Assembly: GCA_964291215.2 (NCBI GenBank)
Contig: OZ219791.1
Coordinates: forward strand, 2,528,001 to 2,592,000
Length of the DNA: 64,000 nt
From: Alphaproteobacteria bacterium
GTDB taxonomy: Bacteria > Pseudomonadota > Alphaproteobacteria > MPNO01 > UBA830
Direction of reading: 5' to 3'
How positions within the stretch are numbered: the first letter of the stretch is position 1; each line of letters begins with the position of its first letter. Position numbers and translations under genes: made by a program. The notes under the pieces are model-generated. The model made no database searches. It was not told the origin of the DNA and was given only the letters and a program-made list of their open reading frames with translations. Of this stretch, positions 1 to 10,731 are shown piece by piece.

Positions 1-5
1 GGCAG

Positions 6-431
6 ATGTTCCATGTCGGCCCGGCGCGGCGCGAGGAGCTTGCCCATCGCGCCCGTGTCGAGGAGATCATCGACTTTCTGGAGATCGAGGCGATCCGCAA
101 GACCCCGGTGGGGCGCCTGCCCTACGGTCTGCAGAAACGCGTCGAGCTCGGCCGTGCGCTGGCGATGGAACCCGACCTGTTGCTGCTCGATGAGCCGATG
201 GCAGGCATGAACGTCGAGGAGAAGGAGGACATGAGCCGCTTCATCATCGACGTGAACGAACAGTTCGGAACCACGATCGCGCTCATTGAGCATGACATGG
301 GTGTCGTCATGGACCTCTCGGATCGCGTTGTCGTGCTCGATTACGGCCGCAAGATCGCGGACGGAACGCCGGCCGAGATACAGGGGGACCGCAAGGTGAT
401 AGACGCCTATCTCGGCGTGCCGCAGAGCTAG
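6..431 (+). CDS. ABC transporter ATP-binding subunit, LivG-like (5'-partial)
   Basis: LPYGLQKRVELGRAL signature, LLLLDEP Walker B, IEHDM H-loop, C-terminal AYLG; starts before the window edge. Confidence 0.9.
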   Translation: MFHVGPARREELAHRARVEEIIDFLEIEAIRKTPVGRLPYGLQKRVELGRALAMEPDLLLLDEPMAGMNVEEKEDMSRFIIDVNEQFGTTIALIEHDMGVVMDLSDRVVVLDYGRKIADGTPAEIQGDRKVIDAYLGVPQS

Positions 432-435
432 GGAG

Positions 436-1404
436 TTGGACGCGATGGAACTGGTGCAGCAGATCTTCGTGGTGCCGTTCGCCTTCATGGTCGAGGATCC
501 GGCCTTCCTTCTGCAGACACTGTGGGAGGGGCTGGTCTCCGGGGTGCTCTATGCGCTGATTGCGCTCGGATTCGTCCTGATCTTCCGCTCCTCGCAGATC
601 TTCAACTTCGCCCAGGGCATCATGGTGGTATTCGCCGGCCTGTCACTGGTCGGGTTGCACGAGGCCGGGATGCCGGCGTCTGTCGCCTTTGCCGGCACGC
701 TGGTGATCATGTTCGCGCTCGCTGCCGCAATCGAGCGGGTGGTGCTGCGGCCGCTGGTCAACCAGCCGGCGATCATCCTGTTCATGGCCACCTTCGGCCT
801 GACTTTCGTGCTCATCGGCTCGGGGCAGCTCATCTTCGGCGGCGAAAACAAGGTCATGATCACCGAACAGCTCGGCATACCCACCGGCAGCTGGGAGATC
901 GAGCCGTTTGGCGGTTTCGTGCTCATCGAGCAGAAGGATTTCGTGGCCGTGGCCAGCGCCCTGGTCCTTGTCGCCGCGCTCGTCGTCTTTCTCAACCGGA
1001 CCCGCATGGGCCGTGCCATCCGCGCGCTCGGAGACGACCACCAGGCGGCGCTGTCGGTCGGCATCTCGCTGTCGCAGATCTGGGTCATCGTCTGGTTCAT
1101 CGCCGGCATCATCGCCCTCGTGACCGGCATCGTGTGGGGTGCGCGCGCCGGGGTTTCGTTTGCGCTCGAGATCATCGCCTTCAAGGCGTTGCCGGTGCTG
1201 CTCCTCGGCGGGCTCGAATCGGTGACGGGCGCGATCGTCGGCGGCATTGCCATCGGACTCCTCGAGAAGCTGTTCGAGATCTACTGGGGCCAGCCGCTGC
1301 TTGGCGGCTCGACCGAGACGTGGTTCGCCTATGTCTTCGCGCTGATCGTGCTGGTGTTCCGGCCGCAGGGACTGTTCGGCGAGAAGATCATCGAGCGCGT
1401 ATAG
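436..1404 (+). CDS. Branched-chain-amino-acid-type ABC permease, LivH-like
   Basis: YALIALGFVLIF...NFAQG motif, many TM helices, RPQGLFG end; start may be ATG 445. Confidence 0.9.
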   Translation: MDAMELVQQIFVVPFAFMVEDPAFLLQTLWEGLVSGVLYALIALGFVLIFRSSQIFNFAQGIMVVFAGLSLVGLHEAGMPASVAFAGTLVIMFALAAAIERVVLRPLVNQPAIILFMATFGLTFVLIGSGQLIFGGENKVMITEQLGIPTGSWEIEPFGGFVLIEQKDFVAVASALVLVAALVVFLNRTRMGRAIRALGDDHQAALSVGISLSQIWVIVWFIAGIIALVTGIVWGARAGVSFALEIIAFKALPVLLLGGLESVTGAIVGGIAIGLLEKLFEIYWGQPLLGGSTETWFAYVFALIVLVFRPQGLFGEKIIERV

Positions 1405-1416
1405 GAGCCTGGATCC

Positions 1417-2493
1417 GTGTTTTACCGCATAGCCGGCCAGTACAAGACGAGCTACGAGGCCGATCAGTCGCTGTTTCCGCTCCGCCAGGACTTCTATCTG
1501 CTGGCGGTAATCCTGGTCCTTGCCTACGGCGTCCTGCCAGCCGTTGCCGACGAGTTCCTGTTCAACGCGATCCTGATTCCGACCCTGATCTTTTCGCTGG
1601 CGGCGCTCGGGCTCAACCTGCTCACCGGCTATGCCGGGCAGCTGTCGCTCGGCACCGGCGCCTTCATGGGCGTCGGCGCCTATGCCTGCTTCAAGCTGAC
1701 CACGATCTTCCCGGATCTGAATTTCATCGTCGCCGTGCTCGTGTCGGGCCTGTTCTCGGCCGCCATCGGGGTCGTGTTCGGCCTGCCGAGCCTGCGCATC
1801 AAGGGCTTCTATCTGGCCATCGCCACCCTCGCAGCGCAGTTCTTCCTGGTCTGGCTGTTCGAGAAGGTGCCCTGGCTCTACAACGACAACGCCTCGGGCG
1901 CGATCGAGGTGCGCACCATCGCGGTTGCGGGCATCACGGTGACCGGGCCGACCGCGACCGCAATGACCCAGTACTATGTCGTGCTTGTCTTCGTCACGGT
2001 AATGACGTGGCTCGCGCTCAACATCGTGCGTGGCCGCTACGGACGCATGTGGAAGGCGGTCCGCGACATGGACATTGCCGCCGAACTCATGGGTATCCGG
2101 CTGCTGCGTGTGAAGCTGATGGCGTTCGCGGTGTCGTCCTATGTCGTCGGCGTCGCCGGCGCGCTGTTCGTGTTCCTCTGGCGCGGCGCGGCGGAGCCGA
2201 ATCTCTTCGATGTCGAGCTGTCGTTCCGGATCCTGTTCATCGCCATCATCGGCGGGCTGGGGAGCATCCTCGGCAACTTCCTCGGCGCCTCTCTGATCGT
2301 CGCACTACCGGTGCTCATCAACACCGTGCCGGAGCTGTTCGGCATCAAGATCCTGTCGGCGACTGTCGATCAGGTGAACGTGGTGCTGATCGGCGTCCTC
2401 ATTATCTTCTTCCTGATCGTCGAGCCTCTGGGGCTGGCGCGGCTGTGGGCGCTCATCCGCGAGAAGCTGGTGGTGTGGCCGTTCCCTTACTAG
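1417..2493 (+). CDS. ABC permease, LivM-like
   Basis: GLNLLTGYAGQLSLG, LRIKGFYLAIATL, GGLGSILG motifs. Confidence 0.9.
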   Translation: MFYRIAGQYKTSYEADQSLFPLRQDFYLLAVILVLAYGVLPAVADEFLFNAILIPTLIFSLAALGLNLLTGYAGQLSLGTGAFMGVGAYACFKLTTIFPDLNFIVAVLVSGLFSAAIGVVFGLPSLRIKGFYLAIATLAAQFFLVWLFEKVPWLYNDNASGAIEVRTIAVAGITVTGPTATAMTQYYVVLVFVTVMTWLALNIVRGRYGRMWKAVRDMDIAAELMGIRLLRVKLMAFAVSSYVVGVAGALFVFLWRGAAEPNLFDVELSFRILFIAIIGGLGSILGNFLGASLIVALPVLINTVPELFGIKILSATVDQVNVVLIGVLIIFFLIVEPLGLARLWALIREKLVVWPFPY

Positions 2494-2564
2494 CGGGTCC
2501 CGGAGCGCGGTGATATAAGTCTCTCGAGTGCGGGAAAGTAGAAACGAAGAACTGGGAGGGCTAC

Positions 2565-3878
2565 ATGAAGATTCGCAAATCTCTGGTGGCGTTCGGCGCC
2601 GGAATGGCGCTCGGCGCCTTCGTGGCTGGCCCGACGCTGGCGGCGGAGATCTATCTGCCGAACCTGTCTTATCGCACAGGTCCGTTTGCGGCGACCGGTA
2701 TTCCCCTGATGAACGGCCAGCGCGATTACGTGGCGCTGCTCAACGCCCGCGACGGCGGCCTCGGCGGCGGCAAGCTGGTCTATGACGAATGCGAGACCGG
2801 CTACAACACCGCCAAGGGCGTCGAATGCTACGAGCGCACCAAGAAGCGTGCCGTCATCACCCAGCCGTGGTCGACCGGCATTACGCTGCAGGTGCTGCCG
2901 AAGACCAATGTCGACAAGATTCCGCTGCTGGCGCCCGGCTACGGGTTCTCGCCGATGGCTAACGGCGATGTCTTCGCTTGGGCGTTCAATCCGCCAGCGT
3001 CCTACTGGGATGCGGCGTCAATGATTCTCAACTACGTCTCTGGCGGGAATCTCGACAGCCTCAAGGGCAAGAAGATCGCCCACCTCCATCTCGACCATCC
3101 CTACGGCAAGGAACCGCTGCTGCTTCTTGAGACGCTGGCCAAGCGCCACGGCTTCAAGCTCTTGCCGATTCCGGTGGGCATCAAGGAGATGCAGAACCAG
3201 TCGGCGCAGTGGCTGCAGATCCGTCGCGAGAAGCCCGATTGGGTTTTCATGTGGGGCTGGGGCGCGATGAACGCGGGCGCCGTCACCGAGGCGGTCAAGA
3301 CCCGCTATCCCATGGAGAAATTCATCGGCGTCTGGTGGTCTGGCCGCGACGGCGACCTCGCGACCGTTGGCGCGCGCGGCAAGGGGTATAAGACGATCAG
3401 CTGGAACCTCCCCGGAAACTATCCGGTACTTGCCGAGATCCGCAAGCATGTCGTCGACAAGGGGAACTCGCTCATCGACAAGCCAGAGGACATGAACACC
3501 GTCTTCTACCAGCGCGGCGTCGTGATCTCGATGATTCTCACCGAAGCGATCCGCGCCGCCCAGGCGAAGTTCAAGACGGCAGCCGTCACCGCTCCGCAGG
3601 TGCGCTGGGGGCTTGAGAACCTCAACGTCACCGAGGCGCGGCTGAAGGAGCTGGGCATGGCCGGCATGACCGTGCCCGTGCGCACCACCTGCCAGGACCA
3701 TACCGGACATACCGGAGCCTGGATGCTGGAATGGGACGGGGCCAAGTTCGTCAAGGTCTCCGACCTCCTCAAGCCGCAACGCGATGTCATCAAGCCGCTG
3801 GAGGTGGCGAAGTCGGCAGACTACGCCAAGTCGAACGCGCCCTGGCCGGGCCGCGCCGACACACCCTGCGACGGCTGA
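2565..3878 (+). CDS. ABC transporter periplasmic binding protein (LivJ/K-type fold)
   Basis: N-terminal signal peptide, GGGAGG RBS, YRTGPFA...ECETGY...WLQIRR..PDWV..WGWG; operon context. Confidence 0.9.
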   Translation: MKIRKSLVAFGAGMALGAFVAGPTLAAEIYLPNLSYRTGPFAATGIPLMNGQRDYVALLNARDGGLGGGKLVYDECETGYNTAKGVECYERTKKRAVITQPWSTGITLQVLPKTNVDKIPLLAPGYGFSPMANGDVFAWAFNPPASYWDAASMILNYVSGGNLDSLKGKKIAHLHLDHPYGKEPLLLLETLAKRHGFKLLPIPVGIKEMQNQSAQWLQIRREKPDWVFMWGWGAMNAGAVTEAVKTRYPMEKFIGVWWSGRDGDLATVGARGKGYKTISWNLPGNYPVLAEIRKHVVDKGNSLIDKPEDMNTVFYQRGVVISMILTEAIRAAQAKFKTAAVTAPQVRWGLENLNVTEARLKELGMAGMTVPVRTTCQDHTGHTGAWMLEWDGAKFVKVSDLLKPQRDVIKPLEVAKSADYAKSNAPWPGRADTPCDG

Positions 3879-3909
3879 GGGGAGGCGGTTCGTCAATGGC
3901 GGATGGGGG

Positions 3910-3941
3910 CCGGCGGGACCGTGAACGAACGGTCCCGCCGG
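3910..3941. repeat. Intergenic stem-loop after the binding-protein gene
   Basis: Perfect 13-bp stem CCGGCGGGACCGT / ACGGTCCCGCCGG with a 6-nt loop; no U-tract. Confidence 0.6.
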
Positions 3942-3963
3942 AACCCGGCCTGACGGGGAACTC

Positions 3964-4791
3964 ATGACCGGAACGGCCGGCGTGCCGGTCGCGGCCGGGC
4001 CGCGGCTGCTCGACGTCAACAATATCGAGGTCATCTACGACCACGTCATCCTGGTGCTGAAGGGCGTCTCGCTGACGGTGCCGGAGCGCGGCATCGTTGC
4101 GCTGCTCGGGGGCAACGGTGCCGGCAAGACGACGACGCTCAAGGCGATCTCGAATCTCCTGCGCGCTGAGCGCGGCGAGGTCACCAAGGGCACCATCGAA
4201 TATGACGGGACGCGCGTCGATCGGCTGCTGCCCGACGCGCTGGTGAAGCGCGGCGTGATCCAGGTGATGGAAGGCCGGCGCTGCTTTGAGCATCTGACGG
4301 TCGAGGAGAACCTGCTGACCGGCGCCTATACGCGCCGCGACGGCAGCGTGCGCGGCGATCTCGAACTCGTGTACGGCTATTTTCCGCGACTTGCCACCCG
4401 GCGCCGCGCCCAGGCCGGCTATATTTCCGGCGGCGAACAGCAGATGTGCGCCATCGGGCGGGCGCTGATGTCACGGCCGCGGATGATCCTGCTCGACGAG
4501 CCGTCGATGGGCCTTGCGCCGCAGCTGGTCGAGGAGATCTTCGGAATTGTTCGCAGACTCAACGCCGAAGAGGGAGTAACCTTCCTTCTCGCCGAGCAGA
4601 ATACCAACGTGGCCCTTCGCTACGCGACCTATGGCTACATCCTCGAGAACGGTCGCGTCGTCCTCGACGGCGATGCCGCCGCGCTCCGCGACAATGAGGA
4701 CGTCAAGGAATTTTATCTCGGTATTTCGACCGGGGAGCGGCGCAGCTACCGTGCCGTCAAATACTATCGCCGGCGCAAGCGCTGGTTGTGA
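3964..4791 (+). CDS. ABC transporter ATP-binding subunit, LivF-like
   Basis: GGNGAGKT Walker A, ISGGEQQM, LLDEPSMGLAP. Confidence 0.92.
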   Translation: MTGTAGVPVAAGPRLLDVNNIEVIYDHVILVLKGVSLTVPERGIVALLGGNGAGKTTTLKAISNLLRAERGEVTKGTIEYDGTRVDRLLPDALVKRGVIQVMEGRRCFEHLTVEENLLTGAYTRRDGSVRGDLELVYGYFPRLATRRRAQAGYISGGEQQMCAIGRALMSRPRMILLDEPSMGLAPQLVEEIFGIVRRLNAEEGVTFLLAEQNTNVALRYATYGYILENGRVVLDGDAAALRDNEDVKEFYLGISTGERRSYRAVKYYRRRKRWL

Positions 4792-6053
4792 CGACGGGGA
4801 ACCTGCTGATGCCCGGAACCCATTACGAGGATCGCGAGACCCGCGATGCCGGCGCGCGCGCCGCCGACATTGCCGAGCGGCTGCCAGGGCAGATTGCGCA
4901 TGCCCGCGCCACCGCTTCCTACTATGCCGAGGCGCTGGCCGGCACTGATCCCGCGGAGATCGTCGACCGCGCAGCGCTGGCGGGTCTCCCGGTAACGCGC
5001 AAGGCCGACATCCTCGAGCGCCAGCTTGCCGTACCGCCGTTCGGCGGCTTCGTGGCGACGCCGCTCGAAGGACTCGCCAAGGTGTTCACCTCGCCGGGTC
5101 CGGTCTATGAGCCGGAAGCCGAGCGCGGGGATTACTGGCGTTTCGCGCGCGCCCATTATGCCGCGGGAATCCGGCCCGGTGAACTCGTGTTGAACTGCTT
5201 TTCCTACCACCTGACGCCGGCGGGCTCGATGATGGAGGGTGCCTTGCGGGCTATCGGCTGCCCCGTCATTCCGGCCGGCGCCGGCAACAGCGAACAGCAG
5301 GCCCGACTTGTCCACGATCTGCGGCCGGCCGCCTATGTGGGGACTCCTGATTTCCTGAAGATCCTGCTCGACAAGGCCCTGGAGCTCGAGCTCGATGCGT
5401 CGTCGATCACCACCGCGTCGGTCGGCGGCGCGGCACTGCCGCCTTCACTGCGCGCCGAACTCAACGAACGCGGAGTGTTCGTGCTACAGTCCTACGGAAC
5501 CGCCGATCTTGGTTTGATCGCCTATGAGAGTGCGCATGACGGCAAACCCCTGTCGGGCATGGTGGTCGACGAGGACGTTATCGTGGAGATCGTGCGCCCG
5601 GGTACCGGAGACCCGGCGCCGGAAGGCGAGGTTGGCGAAGTTGTGGTCACCACGTTCAATCCGGATCATCCGCTCATTCGCCTGGCGACCGGAGACCTCT
5701 CCGTGGTCCTGGCAGGAGCGAGTCCGTGCGGACGGACCAATATGCGCATCGGCGGCTGGATGGGCCGTGCCGACCAGACCGCGAAGGTCCGCGGCATGTT
5801 CGTGCGCCCCGAGCAGATTCAGGAGTTGGCGCACCGGTTCCCGGAAGTGGTGCGGCTGCGCGCGATGATAGGCCGCGTCGACGAGCGCGACACGCTCACC
5901 CTGCGGGTGGCCGTGGCGGGCGGCGACAACGGGCTTTCGGTGCGCTTGGGCGAGGCGTTGCGCGAGGTAACCAAGCTGCGCGGCGAGATTGAACTGGTCG
6001 CCGAACTGCCCAACGATGGCAAGGTCGTCGACGATACGCGACCGGTTGGGTAG
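4788..6053 (+). CDS. Phenylacetate-CoA ligase-like AMP-forming acyl-CoA synthetase
   Basis: YGTADLG, RLATGDLS, GRADQTAKVRGMFV motifs of the PaaK-like family. Confidence 0.8.
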   Translation: MTTGNLLMPGTHYEDRETRDAGARAADIAERLPGQIAHARATASYYAEALAGTDPAEIVDRAALAGLPVTRKADILERQLAVPPFGGFVATPLEGLAKVFTSPGPVYEPEAERGDYWRFARAHYAAGIRPGELVLNCFSYHLTPAGSMMEGALRAIGCPVIPAGAGNSEQQARLVHDLRPAAYVGTPDFLKILLDKALELELDASSITTASVGGAALPPSLRAELNERGVFVLQSYGTADLGLIAYESAHDGKPLSGMVVDEDVIVEIVRPGTGDPAPEGEVGEVVVTTFNPDHPLIRLATGDLSVVLAGASPCGRTNMRIGGWMGRADQTAKVRGMFVRPEQIQELAHRFPEVVRLRAMIGRVDERDTLTLRVAVAGGDNGLSVRLGEALREVTKLRGEIELVAELPNDGKVVDDTRPVG

Positions 6054-6156
6054 CGTAACCGTCGAACACCGACATCTGCACCCAAGTTGGCATTTTTGCA
6101 GCCTGGAATTTTTATCACGTTGCGCGATTTTTTGTCGGCCGATTTCAACATGGCAC

Positions 6157-9100
6157 GTATCTACTCACCCCTAGTTGGGTTCTGATTGGTCGTAGTGCTC
6201 GTTGATGATGTCTGCGGCTTTTCCGGCGAGTGCGATCTGGGTGGCGACGAGTGGGTTGTAGCCGAGTGCGGCCATGGAGGTGAGGTAGCTTGGCACCATG
6301 CTTTTGCGTGGAGCGGAAGCATCCGGACACCTTGACCTTTGCCACCCTGATCTTCTGTTCTTCGGCATTGTTGGTGAAGCTGACGTCGGGTGCGCCAGGC
6401 AAACTGGTGGAATGTGGCCGGGTGCAAGTCCCGAGAGAGGCTAACCACCACTTTCTCCGTGAACCATGCGTCGCCAGGCGAAGCGTTGGGGAGCGGCAGG
6501 CCAGGCTATTGAGCCACGAGATGCTTTGAAACCGGAGTGCCGAGGTCGTGGCCGAAGGCAACGAGCCGCGTTGGTGAGGGGGGCTCCGCGGGGTCCGAGA
6601 ACCATGGCCGAAGCAGGGACCTGGGAGGTCTTGCCCCTCTGTCGTGGAGGGGCCGCAGAGGAAAGGAACTAATCCGTAAACCGATGATGAACGAGAAGTC
6701 AGATTCGGCCATAGTACCGTTGAAGGCGGCGAACAAGGGTTCTTCGGAGCCTGCGGAGTTGCTGGAGGGAAGGGCAATGCGGTTGGCCCGCGCCGCGCGC
6801 AGAAGCGGGGGTCACAGGCGGCTGAACGCAGGTAGCGAAGAGGAACCCGGAAGAGCGTCTTTACTCCACCACGTGACGGTCGACGCTCTGCACGATGCGT
6901 TCCATTCCTTGAGGAAGGACGCGGCGGCGGGGCGTTGTGTGGCAAGCGTATGCGGAGGGTGTGGAACTGCCTGCACGCCCGTGTGCACAGGGGTGCGTAC
7001 CGGGCGCCTCCGGGGTTTACATACCCAAGGAGGATGGAGGGCAACGACCGCTTGCCTCGGACAAGATTCTTCAGCGGGCGGTGTGATTCTGGTGCCGCGA
7101 GACGGAGTTCCTCGGGTTTAGTTACGGCTTCCGGCCGGGGCGCATCATGCGCTCGATGCCGTCACGGTGGAACGGCGGAAGGTCAACTGGATCGTTGACG
7201 CCGACATCCGTGGGTTCTTCGACAATCTCGACCGCGACCATCTGGTCGCGATGCTCGGGAAACGGATCGGGGGGTCTGATCATCAAGTGACGCCGGCGTC
7301 ATGGAAGGGACCGACTGGCAAGGGAACACCGCAAGGGGCGGCGCCATGCCTTGCGAACGTCTACCTGCACTACGTGCGACTGGTTCCAGAACCACTGGCG
7401 CAAGCGGATGGCTGGAGGCGACACGATCATTATGCGGATGACTTCGTGTGCGGCTTTCAGCATCTGGGCGACGCGCGGCGCTTTCTCCGAGACCTTGGGG
7501 AGAGACTGGCCCACTTGAACTGCACCCGGAAAATCATCGAGTTCGGTCGGTTTGCCAGAGCAAACCGCCGGAAGCAGGGCAAGACGTTCGACTTCCTCGG
7601 CATGACGCACTTCTGCGAACAGACGAGGAAAGGCAGGTTCAGGGTCGGTCGCAAACCATCTCGCAAACGGGCACCCTGCGGCGGATCAAGGAGGCCTTGC
7701 GCAGGCGGTGGCACGATAACCGGCACGAAACGGCCAAGTGGTGAGTTATCAACGGCTGCTACTACGCCGTTCCAGGAAGCAGCCTGCAGAAGTTCATACA
7801 CCAATGCAAACAGCTGCGTGCCCTTCGGCGACGCTCCCAAAAGGACTTCACCGGGGACGTAGACACCCTCACCGCTGCCCACTGAGCCAGCATCCGCCAC
7901 CCGTGGCCAAACCAGCGCCTTGTCGTCAGGGGAGGAGCCGGATGCGAACAGCGCACGTCCGGTTCTGTGCGGGGGGTAACCCGGTTCCCTACCGCGATGG
8001 TCTTCTGTGAAGCGCAGGTTTTCGTGTTTCACGAGACGCAGGTTGTGCGCGTTTGCGATGCGTTTTCCTTTCGGCGGCGGCGGGATGTCGGGCAGTTCCT
8101 TGGCGCCCTGATGGTGCGGTAGCGCTTGCGCACGGTCCGGTTCAGGGTCTTGGATGCGCTCTTGTTGACCTTGTGGCAGACCTCGCGGAGCAGGCTCTTC
8201 ATCAGTCGCGCCCAGCGGTAGCCTCGACGACGAAGGTCAGTTCGCGCAGCAGGTGGCTGCCGCACAGCTGGTGGCTACACTGGCCCATGTACGAGGCCCA
8301 GGACGCGCTTGTAGCATGGGATGATCTCTCGCCTCCCGGCCGCGCTTGCGGTGCGGGAACTTGCACGTCAGGGTTCCGACGACATGGAGCCACTTACTGT
8401 TGATCCGAAATCGTAGACATCGGGCGTTGCAGGAGGTGCGCCACGGCGGCCTCCGACGCGAGCGCATTGTGAAAGCATAGCCGAGGCCTCGGAGAGCTTG
8501 ATGCCGGAGGTCGCCTGCACGAGCGCGACGGCACGGCGCAGGGACAGCATCTGGACGACCAGCAGGTTGATGACGAGGGCCTGGATGCCGATGCCGTACT
8601 GCACGGGATGTTGTCGGGGAACCGGCCCCGGGCTTTGCACTTCGGGCATTCCTTGATCTCGGCGCGGCGCTCGACGACCTCGAACACGATGTCGTGCGGC
8701 GCTCCCGATCGACGGGGTCGACGCCGTCGGCGCCGCAGGCGTCGCAGGCATCGACCGCCTCCTCGACGATGGTCTTGCGCAGGTTGTCGCCCATCTGCCG
8801 GTTCGGCTTCGGGCCGTTGCTTCCGGCACGCTCTTGTCCGTCTGTGACGGCGGCAGACCGGAGTTCCGGCTCGTGCGTAGTCTTCTCCAAAAGGACGACG
8901 ATGAGGATGTCGAGCAGGATGACGAAGATGCGGATCACGGCCTCTTTCGGCACCTTGCCGGCCGCACGCAGCGCCGCGACCTTGGCCGCTTCGAACTCCT
9001 CGCGCGCCGCGTTGACCGTCGCCATCACCCGGCCTCGCCGCGAGCATCGCCTGGCGCTCGCTCGGCGGCATCTTCCGGTACTCCGCCTTGCGCTTCATCA

Positions 9101-9324
9101 GCGCACCGCCTCCGAGATGCGTTTCCACATACAGATCATGCGGGGGCTGGAGCCCCGGAAGCAGCTGGCACAGCCCGCTCGTCGCCTTCGATCCAAAGTA
9201 GCCCACTGGCGGTCCCCGTCGTTCTCGATGACCACCACTAAACGAATCGGGTGTCAAATTTCCACGAAAACCCGTTCGTTGCTCTACCCCGACATCATGC
9301 CGGAACCAGGGGGTGAGCAGTTAC
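6157..9324 (-). mobile_element. IS66-like element copy 1 (degenerate; contains a group II intron)
   Basis: Ends GTATCTACTCACCCC / GGGGTGAGCAGTTAC; 8-bp TSD CATGGCAC (6149-6156, 9325-9332); fragments NSGLPPSQTD, HQLCGSHLLREL, FTNNAEEQKIR.AKVK.SGCFRS. Confidence 0.88.
6390..7998 (+). mobile_element. Group II intron with degenerate reverse transcriptase ORF
   Basis: 5' GTGCG; 3' domain V/VI GAGCCGGATGCG...GCACGTCCGGTTCTGTGCGGGGG...CCCTACCGCGAT; RT remnants DADIRGFFD, GTPQG, LANVYLHY, YADDF; removing it restores the IS66 sequence seen at 33501-33535. Confidence 0.88.
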
Positions 9325-9984
9325 CATGGCACTACATTCCGTTGAATTCTGTCAGCTTGTGAGGCGGCTCCTCGTGCGGCGGGTTCGACACCAGCTGCCG
9401 AGGAGATTTCGGCGACCTCGGCGGTGCGTGCCCTGTCGGTTGACGATCAATGCGCGCAGGCGCGTGGTGACCCTGGTTCCGCATGCTCTCGTGGATTGAT
9501 GTCTAGCACTTGTCGATGCCCCGCGCGGGGATCAGATGCACCGCGGCGAGCACGGCGATCAACAGGTGGGTGGCGATGCGCTGGCCGGGCGCAATCCGGG
9601 CTCGGATTTCAATGAACGGAAGGTGGCCTCGATATCCATGTCCCGAGCATCCATGTTTCCTGGCAAGGTTTTTGCGGGTGTCTGCGGTGATATTTTCTGT
9701 GGTTGTCCACAAGCGGTGTGGGATTTGCCCTGCGAGCGAGGCGACATGAAGCTTGTGGTCCCGGCGGCGGGTTGCCGTCCATTGGTCACGTGAACGCGGC
9801 TACCTTGCCGCCCCCGGGCACGTGACCGTCCGGGTTCCAGGTGTCCCAAGGCGGTTCGATCTCCTCGATGTCGGCCTCGACGATGATCTGCAGACATTCT
9901 CCCCAAGTCGTGTCGGAGACTGTCGAGACAGTCCCGATCGCGCTCTCGGCAGGGCCGTGTCTCCTTCGCTCACTCACCGGTGCT

Positions 9985-10731
9985 TCAGGCAACGCTGCTG
10001 TCGCAGCAAGGTGTTCGCCAGAGCTTGCGCATCACGGCGACAATGGCGACTTTGTGGGCCTTGCCGGCGGTCTTGTGGCGCACCAGATCCGCGTTGAAGC
10101 GTGCTGCCGAGGTCGCGGCCAGGAGATCACGTGGCCTCCGGCGCCCGCCTCGGATATGCCGAGCACCGTGGTGCTGGCCACTGTCGTTGGCCATCGGCGC
10201 CACCCCGATCAAGGCTGCCGACGCTGCCGAGTTCGGGCATCCAACAAAGAAGGGCTGCGGCGGTCACTGGATCGAGGTCAGGGTACCTCTGCTCGGGATC
10301 ACCGGCGATCACCGCTTTGATCGCCGCGCCGGCAATGCGGTCATCGAGATCGGCCGCCGAAGCCCTTGTGACGGTCTCGCCATCCACCTCATCTGCCACT
10401 TGCCTCAACTTGGTCCGCACGTCGACAAGCGCGGCGCCAGGAGATCCCCCAGGCAGTTGAGGAAGGCTTCCTGAGGAGCCACAGGCTCGAGATCGCACCG
10501 TGCCGATCTTGGCGTCAACGCGGTTGGCCCAAAGCCTCGGCGAAGCCCTCAACGGGCAGGACAACCTCGAAGCCCCGGTCATGAAGACACTGGTGAACCT
10601 TGCGGTGATAGCGGCCTGTCGCCCACCACACGGGTTACCTCGAGGCTGCGAAGCCACGTGCCCGTGGCGTCGTTCGTAAAACGACGCCCCAGATGTCCAG
10701 ACTGGCTGACCCCTGCTACTACCTTAACCAT
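9985..10731 (-). pseudogene. IS110-family recombinase pseudogene
   Basis: Fragments MVKVVAGV, NRVDAKI, PVTAAALLCWMPELG, GVAPMANDSG...RHIRGGR, AGKAHKVAIVAVMRKL; multiple frameshifts. Confidence 0.8.

Noticed and set aside
522-2513. 663-aa alternate-frame ORF over the permeases
   Set aside because: Arg/Gly-rich off-frame read of livH/livM-like genes.
6780-7935. RT remnant as a retron, DGR or CRISPR-associated RT
   Set aside because: It is bounded by group II intron 5' GUGCG and domain V/VI ends with a precise exon junction.
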